Shown here: positions 52,701 through 64,000 of the stretch, piece by piece
Layout: each line of letters begins with the position of its first letter
How positions within the stretch are numbered: position 1 is the first letter of the stretch
Source of the DNA: Parasitella parasitica NRRL 2501
Lineage: Eukaryota; Fungi; Mucoromycota
DNA length: 64,000 bases
Assembly: GCA_025201805.1 (NCBI GenBank)
Contig: MU619265.1
Span: 69,003 to 133,002 of the forward strand
Direction of reading: 5' to 3'
Made by a program: the position numbers and the translations under genes
Notes under the pieces: model-generated
What the model was told of the DNA's origin: nothing
The model's database searches: none
What the model saw: the letters and a program-made list of their open reading frames with translations, nothing else

Positions 52701-53972
52701 ACCTTTAGTAGATGAGTTAAAAAATCTAATACCATATAAGCCCTTCACTGTGGGTAGCAATAGATGCTGTAGAAAGGTAGAAGAATGCAAGCTGGACGAA
52801 GACATGGATCGGACAACAGCCGTGTTCAGTGGCACGGATAATGGCATTATAAAGACTACCGAGATAGTGTTTTTTGAAGTCGATCGTTTCGCATCACACT
52901 TGAAGCTGTACAATAGGTTTCAGATCTTGGGTATGTAACTCAGTGCCTTTGAACACATATGTATATAGTTAAAGAAACTGATTCTATATATGTTTGCCTA
53001 CTATAGAGGATACCAAAGATGCAGACAATGCTGATGGTTCAAATACAGATGAAGCTGATATTTTTGAACATTTGACTCTACCTCGCGCTCTCACTTTGGG
53101 CTCCAAGCAAATCAACCAGATACCGGCTTGGCTATATTTATAAATTCGTTTATTCGGAAAAAAAAGACCACAGAAGACAGGTACAGAGTTTTGGAGATGG
53201 AAAAGGATCTTGGAAAAAAATAGTCTTTATCAATGCTCAACATCTGATGGTTTGGAGCAAGCCTATTCGCATCACACTAATGCGCGCGCATCGTTGCGCT
53301 CATTCTATTACAACCAATCCATGATAAAAAGAAGAAGACGGCTGGAACTCTCTTACAGAAAAGGCTCTGACAGACTAGCAGCTTACGAGAGAAAGAGTTG
53401 TTGCAAGAAGCCGATTATGTTTGTCGGTGATCGTGGACACGGATTCGGCTCTCGCATCAAGGGACACAGACAATTTGGTGGGTTCTGGAAACAGCAGCGA
53501 CATAGCCGCTATACACCAACTCTGATAACAAATGAACATAATACGTCGCAAACATGTGTTTTCTGCTTCCACAAGCTCTCTCATCCTGTGGCTGCTCTCA
53601 ATGGCAAAATACAGCGAACAGCCGGTTCATTTCTTTTCTTAAATCCCGAATGCCCCAATGCTTTCAAAACAATGTGCCGCGACCAAGTCCCAGCACTTGC
53701 AATTGGTCTTGCTGATTTTGGTTGCCTTTTGTTTGGAGTAACTTTTCCCTGCTTCGACCCAAACCCCACCACTGCCAAGCGCATACAATTCAACAATTTA
53801 GCCCTATCTTTTTTGTACAGAAAACAGATACTGGGCTCGCCTTTCGATGGAGGCAATACTCTTTGAAGGTTGGCAAACAAATATAAAACGTGGAGATAAC
53901 TCAATATTAATCGAGCGCTGCATCTTTGACTTTGACCTTTTAATACTATTGGGTAAGTGACACTCCCACTTA
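49725..53972 (+). mobile_element. Fanzor (eukaryotic TnpB/OMEGA) locus, Fanzor1-like, intron-containing and frameshifted
   Basis: RuvC-I FSGTDNG (Asp codon 52837-52839); IMFVGDRG.G.GSRIKGH..FGG.W; RuvC-II TNEHNTSQTC (Glu 53534-53536); zinc-finger CVFC...NPEC; RuvC-III CRD..ALAI (Asp 53681-53683); ORF stop at 53866. Both element boundaries are approximate. Confidence 0.88.
50876..50885. other. Assembly gap (10 N) within the acidic GAT-rich tract of the Fanzor ORF
   Basis: N run. Confidence 1.
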
Positions 53973-53990
53973 TAAATTGTTTATAAAAAG
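53826..53990 (+). ncRNA. Candidate Fanzor omegaRNA scaffold plus guide
   Basis: Long-range stem 53826-53839/53912-53925 spanning the stop codon, hairpin 53839-53854, and terminal hairpin TAAGTG/CACTTA at 53954-53972. The position matches the known omegaRNA location. Confidence 0.5.
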
Positions 53991-54392
53991 TAACCAAAAT
54001 CATCTGTTTCTTCTTTCGGAATTTAGCTTGATATACCGTTACAGTATATATGAACGTAACAATTTTGTAATTCTATTGCTCATAACAAATGTGTTTGTTT
54101 CTCTACTTACAAATCGCAAGAACCAAGTTGAGGATCAGCAAATATGTAATAGGCTTCAAGTCCATCAGTACATCCAGCGTCCATTAAGGTTAGCTGGCTC
54201 TTCACAAGATCAAAGAAAGAGGCAACAAATTATAATAAAGACAAAGAAGCAATATCCTTGATCACATCTGTATACCTTCATAATATGTCACTATAAAACA
54301 TACACATAATCTGAATATGTTGTTCTCATACGAATTAGCAGGATCATTTATGAAAAATATCGAATGCATAAATTTTCCAAGTCTAATATATT

Positions 54393-56045
54393 CTATTTTG
54401 TCGCTACAATGACCATATTTCTTGGCGAAGTGACAGGGTCAAATAGAGGCCATAACCATACGCCTTTAGTTGGACTGTCCTCGATAGTCTCATCAAGATA
54501 AAGGTAACGATCCACAAGAATAATGCTTTCTAAAATTGGTCCAAGCAGCACTCGTAAAGTCCATAAGATAGAGATTTGTTTGTCTACTTGTTTCTCTTTA
54601 CATTTTTGATAGTATGTTTCTGCCTCATCCGAGGTAATGGTATCTTCAGGGTATTTTAGTCGTTTCAAAGCTGCTTTTACATAAACTGGGAAAGATGTGA
54701 AATCTCTTTTTTTGTTCAATCGACCAACAACAGGAGCTACAGATGCTTCTGCCAACCCTTTTTCTACCATAATGAACTGATAATCTATAAGCCTAACCGG
54801 AATAACAAGTGATAACTTATATTCTAACTTACCTGAAGTAATGCTCTGAAGAAATGATGCTCATAGGCTATTAGAGTTTCTTCTTGTTGATCAATCCATC
54901 TTGCAGGCGCCTGACAGGATAGCATTTTTGCAGTTGGACCCAGCTTGAATTCAGTCTTTCGAACTGTGCTACTAAGAGGAAAGCCTACAGTTATATCCTC
55001 TTCCGTTGAATTGTCTTTTTCCGTCAAAAAATGATAACAACAGCCAACATTGACGAAACAAGTTATTTCAGGGCTCAACGTAAAAAGTCTTAGCATCATG
55101 CTTGCTAAATCACCACAGGTATGTAAGCCTGTTAACAACCATTCCTCGTCTTGATTATTGTTATCGCTCCATTTTGTGAGTATGCTTGAAGCATTTTCAG
55201 GTGTTATGAATTCAGTGACATGGTGTAATTTGAGGACTTCTTTGTCAAGAAACTTGACGGCCTGTTTATCAAACTTTTTTGCTCCACAGGTTTGAATTTC
55301 AGAGGAATCGACGGCTAGTACTTTGAGGTTGCTTTTGAATGCAATTGATCTCGACAAGTATCCTTGTCCTGCTCCCAAATCAACTATAGAATGAACCTGA
55401 TGATCTTTTGCTAATTTTTGAATGACAGGTGTCATGCGTTCTACCTACAAAAAAAAATAGACGGTTATAACCAAGCCATACCTATGGAAATGCTGGCACT
55501 GTACTTCATGAATTTTTTTATCAACCATGCCTGGCAATATACGTTTTTCAATCTTGCTTTTCACTTGTTCCGCTAAAACATATCACATGAAATGTCAGTC
55601 TAAAAAAAGTAGCACTTAAACTATGACTTCACTATACATCCTGCTAAATTGATACGAGGTAATGCAATCTCTTTAGCATCTCTAATAAAATCTCTTAGGG
55701 AAGCAGGCCAGTGTTCCTGATCAAATAATTAGTACGATTACAAGAGAGTACTAGATCAATTACATTGACATCTAATCCTGATGTTATATTAATAATTGAG
55801 TCTATCCATTCTTCGTGGCTTATGGACCCGTTAGGTGGTAAAAGAGCCTCTCTCCATTCTTGATCGAGGATGTTCCATTGACCACAGGTCAAGAAATCTA
55901 CAATATGAAGTGTAGTCCATTGCTGATATCTTTCAATATAATTCAGCAAAGCATCCATGTACTCAGTGGGCGTTAAATGACAATATTTTTTAGGTAATTG
56001 CAGTTTCTCCAAAGGCATTGCATTGTCTTTTGAGGGATCCATCAT
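54393..56045 (-). CDS. METTL25/RRNAD1-like SAM-dependent methyltransferase, multi-exon
   Basis: GM.DKKIHE|VERM, IVDLGAGQGYLSR, GLHTCGDL, VGCCYH, LESIILVDR, PLFDPVTSPRN. Confidence 0.9.
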
Positions 56046-56140
56046 TGTATTATTGCAAGGATATTGAGCAAAAATAAATTTGCAAATGCGAGTAATTTTT
56101 TTTATATATATAATCTTGAATATAAGCCCCATCCAATCGA

Positions 56141-56969
56141 TTATTCTGTAGAAGCTGCAGCAACCACACCGACTTGCGCTGGTCTCAAGATTCTATTCTT
56201 TAATAAAAAGCCCTTTTTTTGTACTACAAAGATAGTTCCTGGCTTTTTATCCGGTACAGGTGCTTGAAATACAGCTTCATGTTTGTTAGGATCGAATAAT
56301 TGGTCTATCGGATCGTCTAACTGAACCCCATAGCGCTTCAATGTCTTTTGCAATTCGGATTGAGTCATTGATACTCCAGTGTACAAGTTAACTAGCTGCC
56401 CGGTGATTTCAGCCTTTTCATGTTGATTGCAAGATTCTTTTGTACGAAATGTCTCGGGAACAGATTCAAGTGCCACACCAAGAATGTCGATAGAATCCAG
56501 TAGGTCTTTTGCAAACTTTTGGATGGCAAAATCTTTGGGATTTGCTACCTCGCGGATGTTGCGTTGTCGTAGATTTTCTTGGTCGGCAAGCGACAAAAGA
56601 TAACTAGCCTAGATATTTGAAAGGCTCATGATTAGTGAATGCAATTATCATAGTCATACTATAGCTCAATGAGACAGTAGTAGAAAACACACCTACCTGC
56701 AATTCCTTCAATTTGATTGAAATTGTTTTCAATTCCTTTTCTGCTGTAGATTCTGCAGCGTCATTAGCTTCGGCTGTGGCTTCACTTTTTGGATTCTTTT
56801 CTGAGTCTTTCGTGGCTCCATTCACACTGCTGCTCTCGTCATTTTTCTGATTTACACATGATGAGACAGAGAAACATCTGTTGAAATGCATAGTAGTTGG
56901 GATCATCGCCATTAAAAATCTGGCTTGAAGGGCTGCTTGTTGTCGAAAAAAAATGTTTCTTCTAAGCAT
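56141..56969 (-). CDS. MGE1: Mitochondrial GrpE nucleotide-exchange factor, 2 exons
   Basis: Arg-rich presequence; LADQENLRQR, FAIQKFAKDLL, FDPNKHEAVFQ, GFLLKNRILRPAQVGV. Confidence 0.93.
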
Positions 56970-57340
56970 TGCAATTGTTCTTGACAAGGAAAAAAAAAAC
57001 ACAGAAAATAATGCAACATCGGCTCGTGAGCCATTTTATATTGCATGTCACAGATTAAGAAGCTCATTAGCAACAAAATCGCACGATACTCGCATCATGA
57101 ATAGTGATTTCAACTGGAAAACGACACTTACCCATACATTGGTACCAGGAATAAACGACCAACCTATTGAAATGTGCTATTGTACTACTTTCGTAGTATA
57201 TGTGATGCGAAAATTCTGCCTTTTTCTTCAAAATGCACCTAAAATCAAGCCGTTTCTATATCATATATCTCGAGTTATACAAGCTACTACATACTTGGAA
57301 CTGCTTAGTTGCAATACCTATAGTATGTAGTTACTTTCCA

Positions 57341-57979
57341 TAGGCTTATACCAATTTTTCAGGTCAAAAAAAATATCGATTTTTTTTGGTCGGAGCAGGT
57401 CTTTTTCACCTTCCTGAGTATACCCTCATGAAAATTTGTCAAAATCAGTTAATGGCAATTTAAACCCCAAAAACGCACTTTTTTATTACAGCCTTTTTAT
57501 GCTTAAAATGATTTAAAACATGCATTGCAGTACCTCCCAATGTTTATTTGGCTGTTAATTATAATTAAACTGGGTATTTTTTAGAAACCCCATTTTTTAT
57601 ATTATCACTTTTTACATAATACTTAAAGAAGAAAACTTTTTTTTTAAATGCATCATTAGACGCGCCATTTACTAAGAAACAACTAATAATTACCAACTAT
57701 GTCGAGTTAGTTAAGCGATTTTTGGAGTAATCCGAGTAAATGTGTTTTCTTTCCATTTTTTTGGCCAAATCGATCGTTTGAAACCAGCAAAAAAAACATT
57801 AGCGGCGTTTAAACCCGTTGTGCGCTGCTACTGCTTGAGCTGATCGTAATACATTCAGGCAAGTGAGTGTGCAATTAGAAATCAAGTCAATCAATAATGG
57901 GACTATAGGCCATTGCATGTACCGATTTACCTATGACGTTGTTATTAAAGGTAAAATACCCCTCATTGGTATATGACTA
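57341..57979. mobile_element. Possible non-autonomous DNA transposon (MITE-like) relic
   Basis: Imperfect terminal inverted match TAGGCTTATACCAAT / ATTGGTATATGACTA (13/15), subterminal 10-bp stem at 57365-57388, non-coding AT-rich interior. Confidence 0.3.
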
Positions 57980-58787
57980 GGTAATAAACAAAAAATTCGT
58001 TTATATTTAAAAACGATGGGAAAGCCGATTTGGGAGAAGATAATTCATAGTGAAAGTATGTACGAATATAACAGTTATATTGAGTAACGGAAGCACATGT
58101 TAATAAAAAAATCCTCTGGAAATTCAGCATGATATTACATGTTGACATATTTTAAGGATGGGTATATTGCTATTGGTACCATCCAAGATTCCTATCAACA
58201 CCATCCTAAAAATTTATATCTTGGAGGTTAAAAAGTTTATAAGCATATGTATATCATGACAAAACGAACATACAACACCTAAAATCTATTAAAAATGGCT
58301 GTATGTTTGAATTCATGGATTTAGATTCCCGGGAGTGTGCTATAAATCGATGATTTGAGTGTTTTAGCCATATTGACATGAATTGAAAATGACGTTTGAC
58401 TTACAGTTGCATATGAAACTAATTTGATAGGCACTGTACGGCCAGGAAGGTATATTTACATAGTTATTTCATGTTTCCATGACTATTTTCATTAGTAAAT
58501 AATGAAAACGTATTTTTTGGATAGTGCAAATGGTAATTTTGATGGTGCTAATAGCAATATCCTTTAAGGGTGGCATTGACTTTGTTGAGTTATGAACGGC
58601 CGTTTCATATGAATCCACCTCTCCGCTCAATTTTAAAGTAATATATATATATAGACATCTAGCAGACAACGGTTTTTTTATTTTTTTCGCATTTATCCTT
58701 AATTCTCGTTATAAGAAAGACTTTGTTGTGAAAACGAATACTCTGTTTTTATAAAAAATAAAAATAAAAAAATATATAAAAAAAAAA

Positions 58788-60542
58788 ATGGGATTCTCGT
58801 CATCACATTTGGTATCCATCAGAAAATGCTCAAAATCCATCATCAATAAATTGTCATCGACGTACACTGATGACAGTCGTCAAGAATGCAAATCAATTCC
58901 ATATCAAAGTACGCCAAATTTGTCAACTAGACAACGCAAAAACCTTCAAGCTGCATGCGTGGGCATTGAGCTAACCACCACCGCTTCTCCTCTTGCTACT
59001 ACTGCTGTTGCTTACGCAGAATTAAAGAAGCCTTGTCCTGAACATTTGTCGCTACATCAACATGCATCACAATCTCTTCCACATATTGACCATAGTAATA
59101 AGTATATAATGCCCAAAATTAAATGTGGACATGAGCAAAAGAAGCCAGAGTCTAACTCAACGCCAGTGACGCCAACTCATTCAGCATTTAGCGATAATGA
59201 TCGATTCAGCTTAACATATTCCAAAAGTTCAGCAAGCAGCAATAGCAGAAGTAGTAGCAGTAGCAATGAAGAAGAAGCGATTACGCCATTCGCATGCACA
59301 TCAGAGCAATGGACATCGGCAGTTTATCGTGGAAAATACGCTCCTGACAGTAAAAGTCAAGGAAATAGAACAATAATGAAGATGCAAGCAGAATCTAGCC
59401 CCGTTGTTTCTGTTAAAAGATACGATCTGCTACCTTGCTCCTCTGCTGTTACTCCTGCTGCATCGATTTCATATTCTACTACTGGAAAGGGCAGTCTGGA
59501 CAGGTCTCCTAGTCAGGGTTCATGCATCTCGTCCAGTTCCTTGGAAAAGCTATCTTCGAAATCAATATTTGGCAAATCTGCGTTTCATAAAAAGGAGTCG
59601 AAAGCGATTAAAAAGTGGTACATTGCAGTAGAACGATTAGCAATACAGAAAAGAGTAGCGGCAGGCCTCCATCAGCAAACCATAAGTCCCAAGGTATGTA
59701 TAATATATGCAAATGTATTGATAGGCTTTGAATTAAATTGTCACTAAAAATATATAGTTTGACGACAAAGATTCAGCTATAGCTCGTTTCATAACAAGCG
59801 AACTTTATTCTACTGAAAAGTCGTATTATCAATTTTTACTATTCATCCGATCTGTAAGTCCTTGATTATTCATGATTATTAAAATTTTAATGGATATGAC
59901 GCAGAATTACATGGAACCTATGCAAAATGCTTCTCAGTCAAGGAACCCCATGGTGAAGTCAACTGATGTCCATGTGCTATTCTACCATCTTCCTGATCTC
60001 ATCTCCATGTCGGAAAAACTCGTTGGTAAATTAGAAAATCATGCAACTGACGATATACCTGGCATGGCTGTGGGTCAAATTTTGAAGGATATGCGAGATG
60101 ATTTTGCTGTATTTCTGAAATATTCTATTCACTATCAGGGTCATATTAAAGCAATTCGACGTGCAAGCAGCACTGGATATGCAATCAAAATTGACCGAGA
60201 ATCCAAGAGCTGCAGAAAAGAAAATAACAGACTAGGTTTAGCTGACTATCTGATAGCTCCTTTTCAAAGAGTGCCTCGATACGAATTATTGCTTAAAGGT
60301 ACACTCAAAATATATATATACAAATATTGTGAGCTAAAATATGACGTGTAGATCTTTTGAAGCATACAAATGCATCGTTTATTCATGATCTAGTTGAAGC
60401 CAAAAATGTTATTAGTGGCCTAGCGGCTACAATGAATTTGGTGCAAGAAAATATCTCGAAATCTTTTTTTTCGGCTTCTTTCTACTCATTTCATTTACAG
60501 TCAACAGCAAATCTTGCAGGTTTTGAGGAGATTTCCTCTTGA
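58788..60542 (+). CDS. Dbl-homology (RhoGEF) protein, multi-exon
   Basis: FITSELYSTEKSY, LFYHLPDLISMSEKL, LADYLIAPFQRVPRYELLLK|DLLKHT; Ser-rich N-terminus. Confidence 0.88.
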
Positions 60543-60730
60543 TTCTAAAATATACCATTTCTGCTTTTATCTATACCTCCAGCATACGCAATATTTGTAA
60601 ATATATCACAACAAAATGACAAATAAAGATATCAATCATCATGTAATAGCAAAGGTTCCCACCTAAAAATAAGACTAAAGATCTTTATTCTGCAGGATTT
60701 TATTTGATGGCTTTAAACATAATTTCTGTT

Positions 60731-61015
60731 TTAAGATCGACCTGTAGCGGATTTTCCATAATCAGTCTGGCAAGCCCATCTGCCTTTTCCACAATTATTA
60801 GCGCTGCTTGTGGACATATTAACCCTGTCGCATGTCGTCTTTTGGCCTGACAAACAATTACCAGTGAATACCAATCTATTGGGACATAAACAGCAGAAGT
60901 TATAAACTTCTCCATCTACTCCATTAGGTTCACACAAAACTTCGGCACTGACAATGTTTGATGTAGCCAAAACGAAGAAGAGCAAGATGACCATGAATTT
61001 GACTGTAGCAAGCAT
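60731..61015 (-). CDS. Small secreted cysteine-rich protein (94 aa, 8 Cys)
   Basis: Hydrophobic signal peptide ending IVSA|EV; mature region with 8 Cys; TATATA upstream. Confidence 0.75.
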   Translation of the reverse strand: MLATVKFMVILLFFVLATSNIVSAEVLCEPNGVDGEVYNFCCLCPNRLVFTGNCLSGQKTTCDRVNMSTSSANNCGKGRWACQTDYGKSATGRS

Positions 61016-61994
61016 TTTATGGGATTGTTATATAGAGACCAGACAAGTAAAATTGTTGTTATAAAAAGAAAGAAGAAAAAAAAACAAGATCCGTATATAT
61101 ACTCAAAAGTCGTCAATAATGCTAACGGAGCATCCATAAAAAATAGAAAGACCTTATGCAATATGGTGTACGTTCAAACAAGGTTATGATTACCAAAACC
61201 TGGTGGTTTATAATCTGCTTAGTGCAGCTCATATTTCAGGGAGGTTCTGTCAGCTAGATACACTATACTTTACGATATTTGAAAAAATGCACATAATTAA
61301 ATATTCGCTTTTCAAACTTGAGCTCGTTTATAGGGAACAGTAATCGTAAAAAGCCTTCCTTTTGGGTATAGAAATCATCAATAATGTGCTTACGCTTAAG
61401 AAATTCGAAAATTTCACTTGGGTGTGTACCCACTATGCATGTATGCTGTCAATCTTCCTATATATGCATTCTAGCTGAGGAATAAAATTTCCGAGATCAA
61501 AACATGTCTTGTGAAACGTTAAATGAAGAACACATTTATACATCAAGCATCACAAAGATTTGCATGATCCCATATTCAAAAATTGTCGCCACATACGCAT
61601 ATTTAAAAAAATGCCGTAATTATTCATAAAGGTTGTAAATTAGAATTCATTTTGTTTTTGGAAGAGAGCCTACAAGGCCGACAAACTTTAAACTTGGGAG
61701 GCAACGATTTTTTGTTTATTCCAAAGTTGTTGGGAATATAAAGATGAAGTGCATACTTTGTCCTTCAAAAAGAATTTAATATGGTCAAAATTGTATCTTT
61801 ATGGTTGGCCTCATAGAATCAAGTTGTCAATTTCAATAAATAAATAAATAAAAGGTTAATTCGCGTTGAAAGAGCCACCGTCAAAGAAACAATGTTCAAT
61901 TTTTAACCATGTTTGGTAGCACGGTACATCAACCCATTAACTGCGACTAACTGCAGATCACACCAAGACACTCACACAACAATACCAAACATAA

Positions 61995-62613
61995 GTAGCT
62001 AGATGTTTTTTTTGTTAGGGAAATAAGGGTTTTATTTCATTGTTTAAAGTCCTTCAAACGTACCAAGGAGGAAGAGGAGAGAAAGACTGAGATCAGAGGT
62101 AGGGGGAGCGTAGAAGAGAGAACGACAGAGATCGGAGGTTGGGGGAGCGTAGGTGAGAATATCAGGTGTAAAATGCGTTTGGGGAAAAAGGAATGAAACT
62201 ATTGAATATATTTATGATTGATAAAAAACCTATCTCTTAATGTCTCGAAAGACACAAGAGCTCCCATTGTCTCGAAAGACGTAGGAGGTTCGCGGGATCA
62301 GTCGTTCCAGGTCACCACACCTGGACCATATCACAAAGGCCAATGGGGCACCACTCCCACTTCTTCAGGACAGGCACCAAAAACAGTGAAACAAAAAAGT
62401 CATAACGCCAACACCGCACAGCAGATTACATCAGATATTACATGGCTAGGATGATACAGGATTCAAAGGTTCGCGTCAGGGTATAAGAGCAGAGGTAAAG
62501 GAGAGTTGTTGACCATTTCTACGATTGACGAGGTCGTTTTGAAAAATTCAAATCACCATTAGACCTACACAAAGTGAGGAATAGCGGGAAGAAAGGTGGG
62601 GTAGCTAGATGTT
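61995..62613 (-). mobile_element. 5'-truncated non-LTR retroelement (LINE/SINE-like) with a 13-bp TSD
   Basis: GTAGCTAGATGTT at 61995-62007 and again at 62601-62613; a T-run at the left end (A-tail on the minus strand); internal 25-bp and 13-bp direct repeats. Confidence 0.65.
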
Positions 62614-63821
62614 CCAATTGCATTAGATGATGTTTGTGTTCTTTTCCTTTCTTCACTTGTAATATTTATATATCCCACTGTATTTATTCGATCGCTATTT
62701 AGCCAACAACTAGCAAGCTTTGCTCGTCTTTTGTGACATTTTGCCTAGAACGTAACAGCTTTTCAGTGAAAATGTTCCACCAATTAACAGATTAAACATT
62801 TGAGAACTATGGCTAACGCATCTGCTCAGTTTGACGATGTGATGTCTGTGTTTAAATCAATAAATGTGGCTGTTTAAGTTCGGGTCGGAGTAGGGGGGAC
62901 ATGAGCAGAACAAAATTTAAAATGGATGAAGTATAGTTTGGAAGGAAAATTATTACGCATACCGTACCTTATGACAATTTCACAATGAAGTCGACAAATT
63001 GTAATTTTCTAGAGACAAAAGAAAATTTTGAAAACGTCAATCATTTGCTTTTAAAACAGACAATATTTATCAATCCTACTGTACATGTTTAGTTGACGAT
63101 GCCATCTATCAACAGTCTTCAAGTTTATCTTGTTTATAGTGGAACTCATATAACTAAAATAGCTTGATTTTTTTATGCAAGATCACTGTAATCTGCATGG
63201 TGTATATACGTTGACGTATATGTTGTTTTTGGTGGGGGCAAGTAGTGGTAAACTTTGCATCACGGAAACCATAGTTTGGTTCGAGTAGCAAAGCTTGATC
63301 ATTCCCACCTGCCCTGCTGCAAAATCCCAAAAAGGCACTCGGATGATGTTAGAACTGAATGCTATGCATTATTATTGACAGTTAATTTATTATGCACAGA
63401 TAACAACATCACTCCAGGTGAGTTGAGCTGGAAGAATGAGACCCTACTTCAAAGTGGATTCTTACATATATTATTTAAACGTGTACAACAATGGGTTGCT
63501 TCTGATTTGCGGTAATTGCATGACATCAATATAAGGTTCTTGGCAAACTAGAGAAATAATAGCAGTAGGTATTGCGTTATTTTTAGGACACCTAATCACC
63601 GATCTTTTGTTGAACTGATGCTGCTCATTTTTATTGCGGCGCTTCTTTTGAGTGTGTTATATTTGTGATTCTGTATTGTGTGTTCCTCAATTGTCTTTTT
63701 TTTCTTTTTTCGTTCAACACTTATTTTCATCGACAAGGCAACACATACCTTATCTAAAGCCTGCCATTCTTCAGCAAAAAAAGACATCCAAGAGAGGGGA
63801 CACTTAATTTCTATTCAACAA

Positions 63822-64000
63822 ATGGGCCTCTCCGATGACAAGATACAAACGTACAATCCACATCTAAGCCGAGAATTCTCTTTGGCCAGCAATTCTGACC
63901 CTGAAGAACAACCCATGGCTTCGGACGCACAGGCATTTATCACACAACCTGTCAAGCGTGGAAAGTCACTTGTACGACCTGAAAGAGAGAGGATCGATCC
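63822..64000 (+). CDS. 5' end of a second class IV chitin synthase (truncated by the window); not in the ORF track
   Basis: Open frame MGLSDDKIQ...VKRGKSLVRPERERID; same SLVRPER.RID motif as the gene at 6377. Confidence 0.7.
   Translation, partial: MGLSDDKIQTYNPHLSREFSLASNSDPEEQPMASDAQAFITQPVKRGKSLVRPERERID

Noticed and set aside
1-64000. CRISPR arrays, tRNA/rRNA genes and U12-type introns
   Set aside because: No repeat-spacer array, cloverleaf or rRNA signature was seen; RTATCCTT-like strings do not fall at plausible intron starts.

Overview
AT-rich, intron-rich eukaryotic DNA. Its gene content and ~55-80 nt introns fit a Mucorales fungus (Mucor-like; inferred). The window holds about 20 housekeeping or lineage genes: Rvs167, a class IV chitin synthase, APC2, a Gti1/Pac2 factor, alkaline ceramidase, GT49, MPC, BCAS3-like, OAC1, MET10, TVP38, BRD8-like, RasGEF, METTL25, MGE1, RhoGEF, and the start of a second class IV chitin synthase. 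It also contains several accessory elements. Most notable are: (1) a large, intron-containing, decaying Fanzor (eukaryotic TnpB-like RNA-guided nuclease) locus at ~49.7-54.0 kb, with an intact RuvC D/E/D triad and a foldable candidate omegaRNA overlapping its stop codon; (2) an unannotated ~250-nt structured ncRNA candidate on the minus strand at ~27.77-28.02 kb, with paired ends, strand-specific G-U stems, a duplicated 10-mer and a poly(U) end; (3) a RasGEF whose tail carries a PAM2-like motif and five E-x-W-x-G-Y-type repeats; (4) a PD-(D/E)XK nuclease-like gene next to an assembly gap; (5) a retroposed insert with a perfect 13-bp target-site duplication; and (6) a small secreted 8-Cys peptide. 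Exon boundaries were read by eye and no database searches were run.
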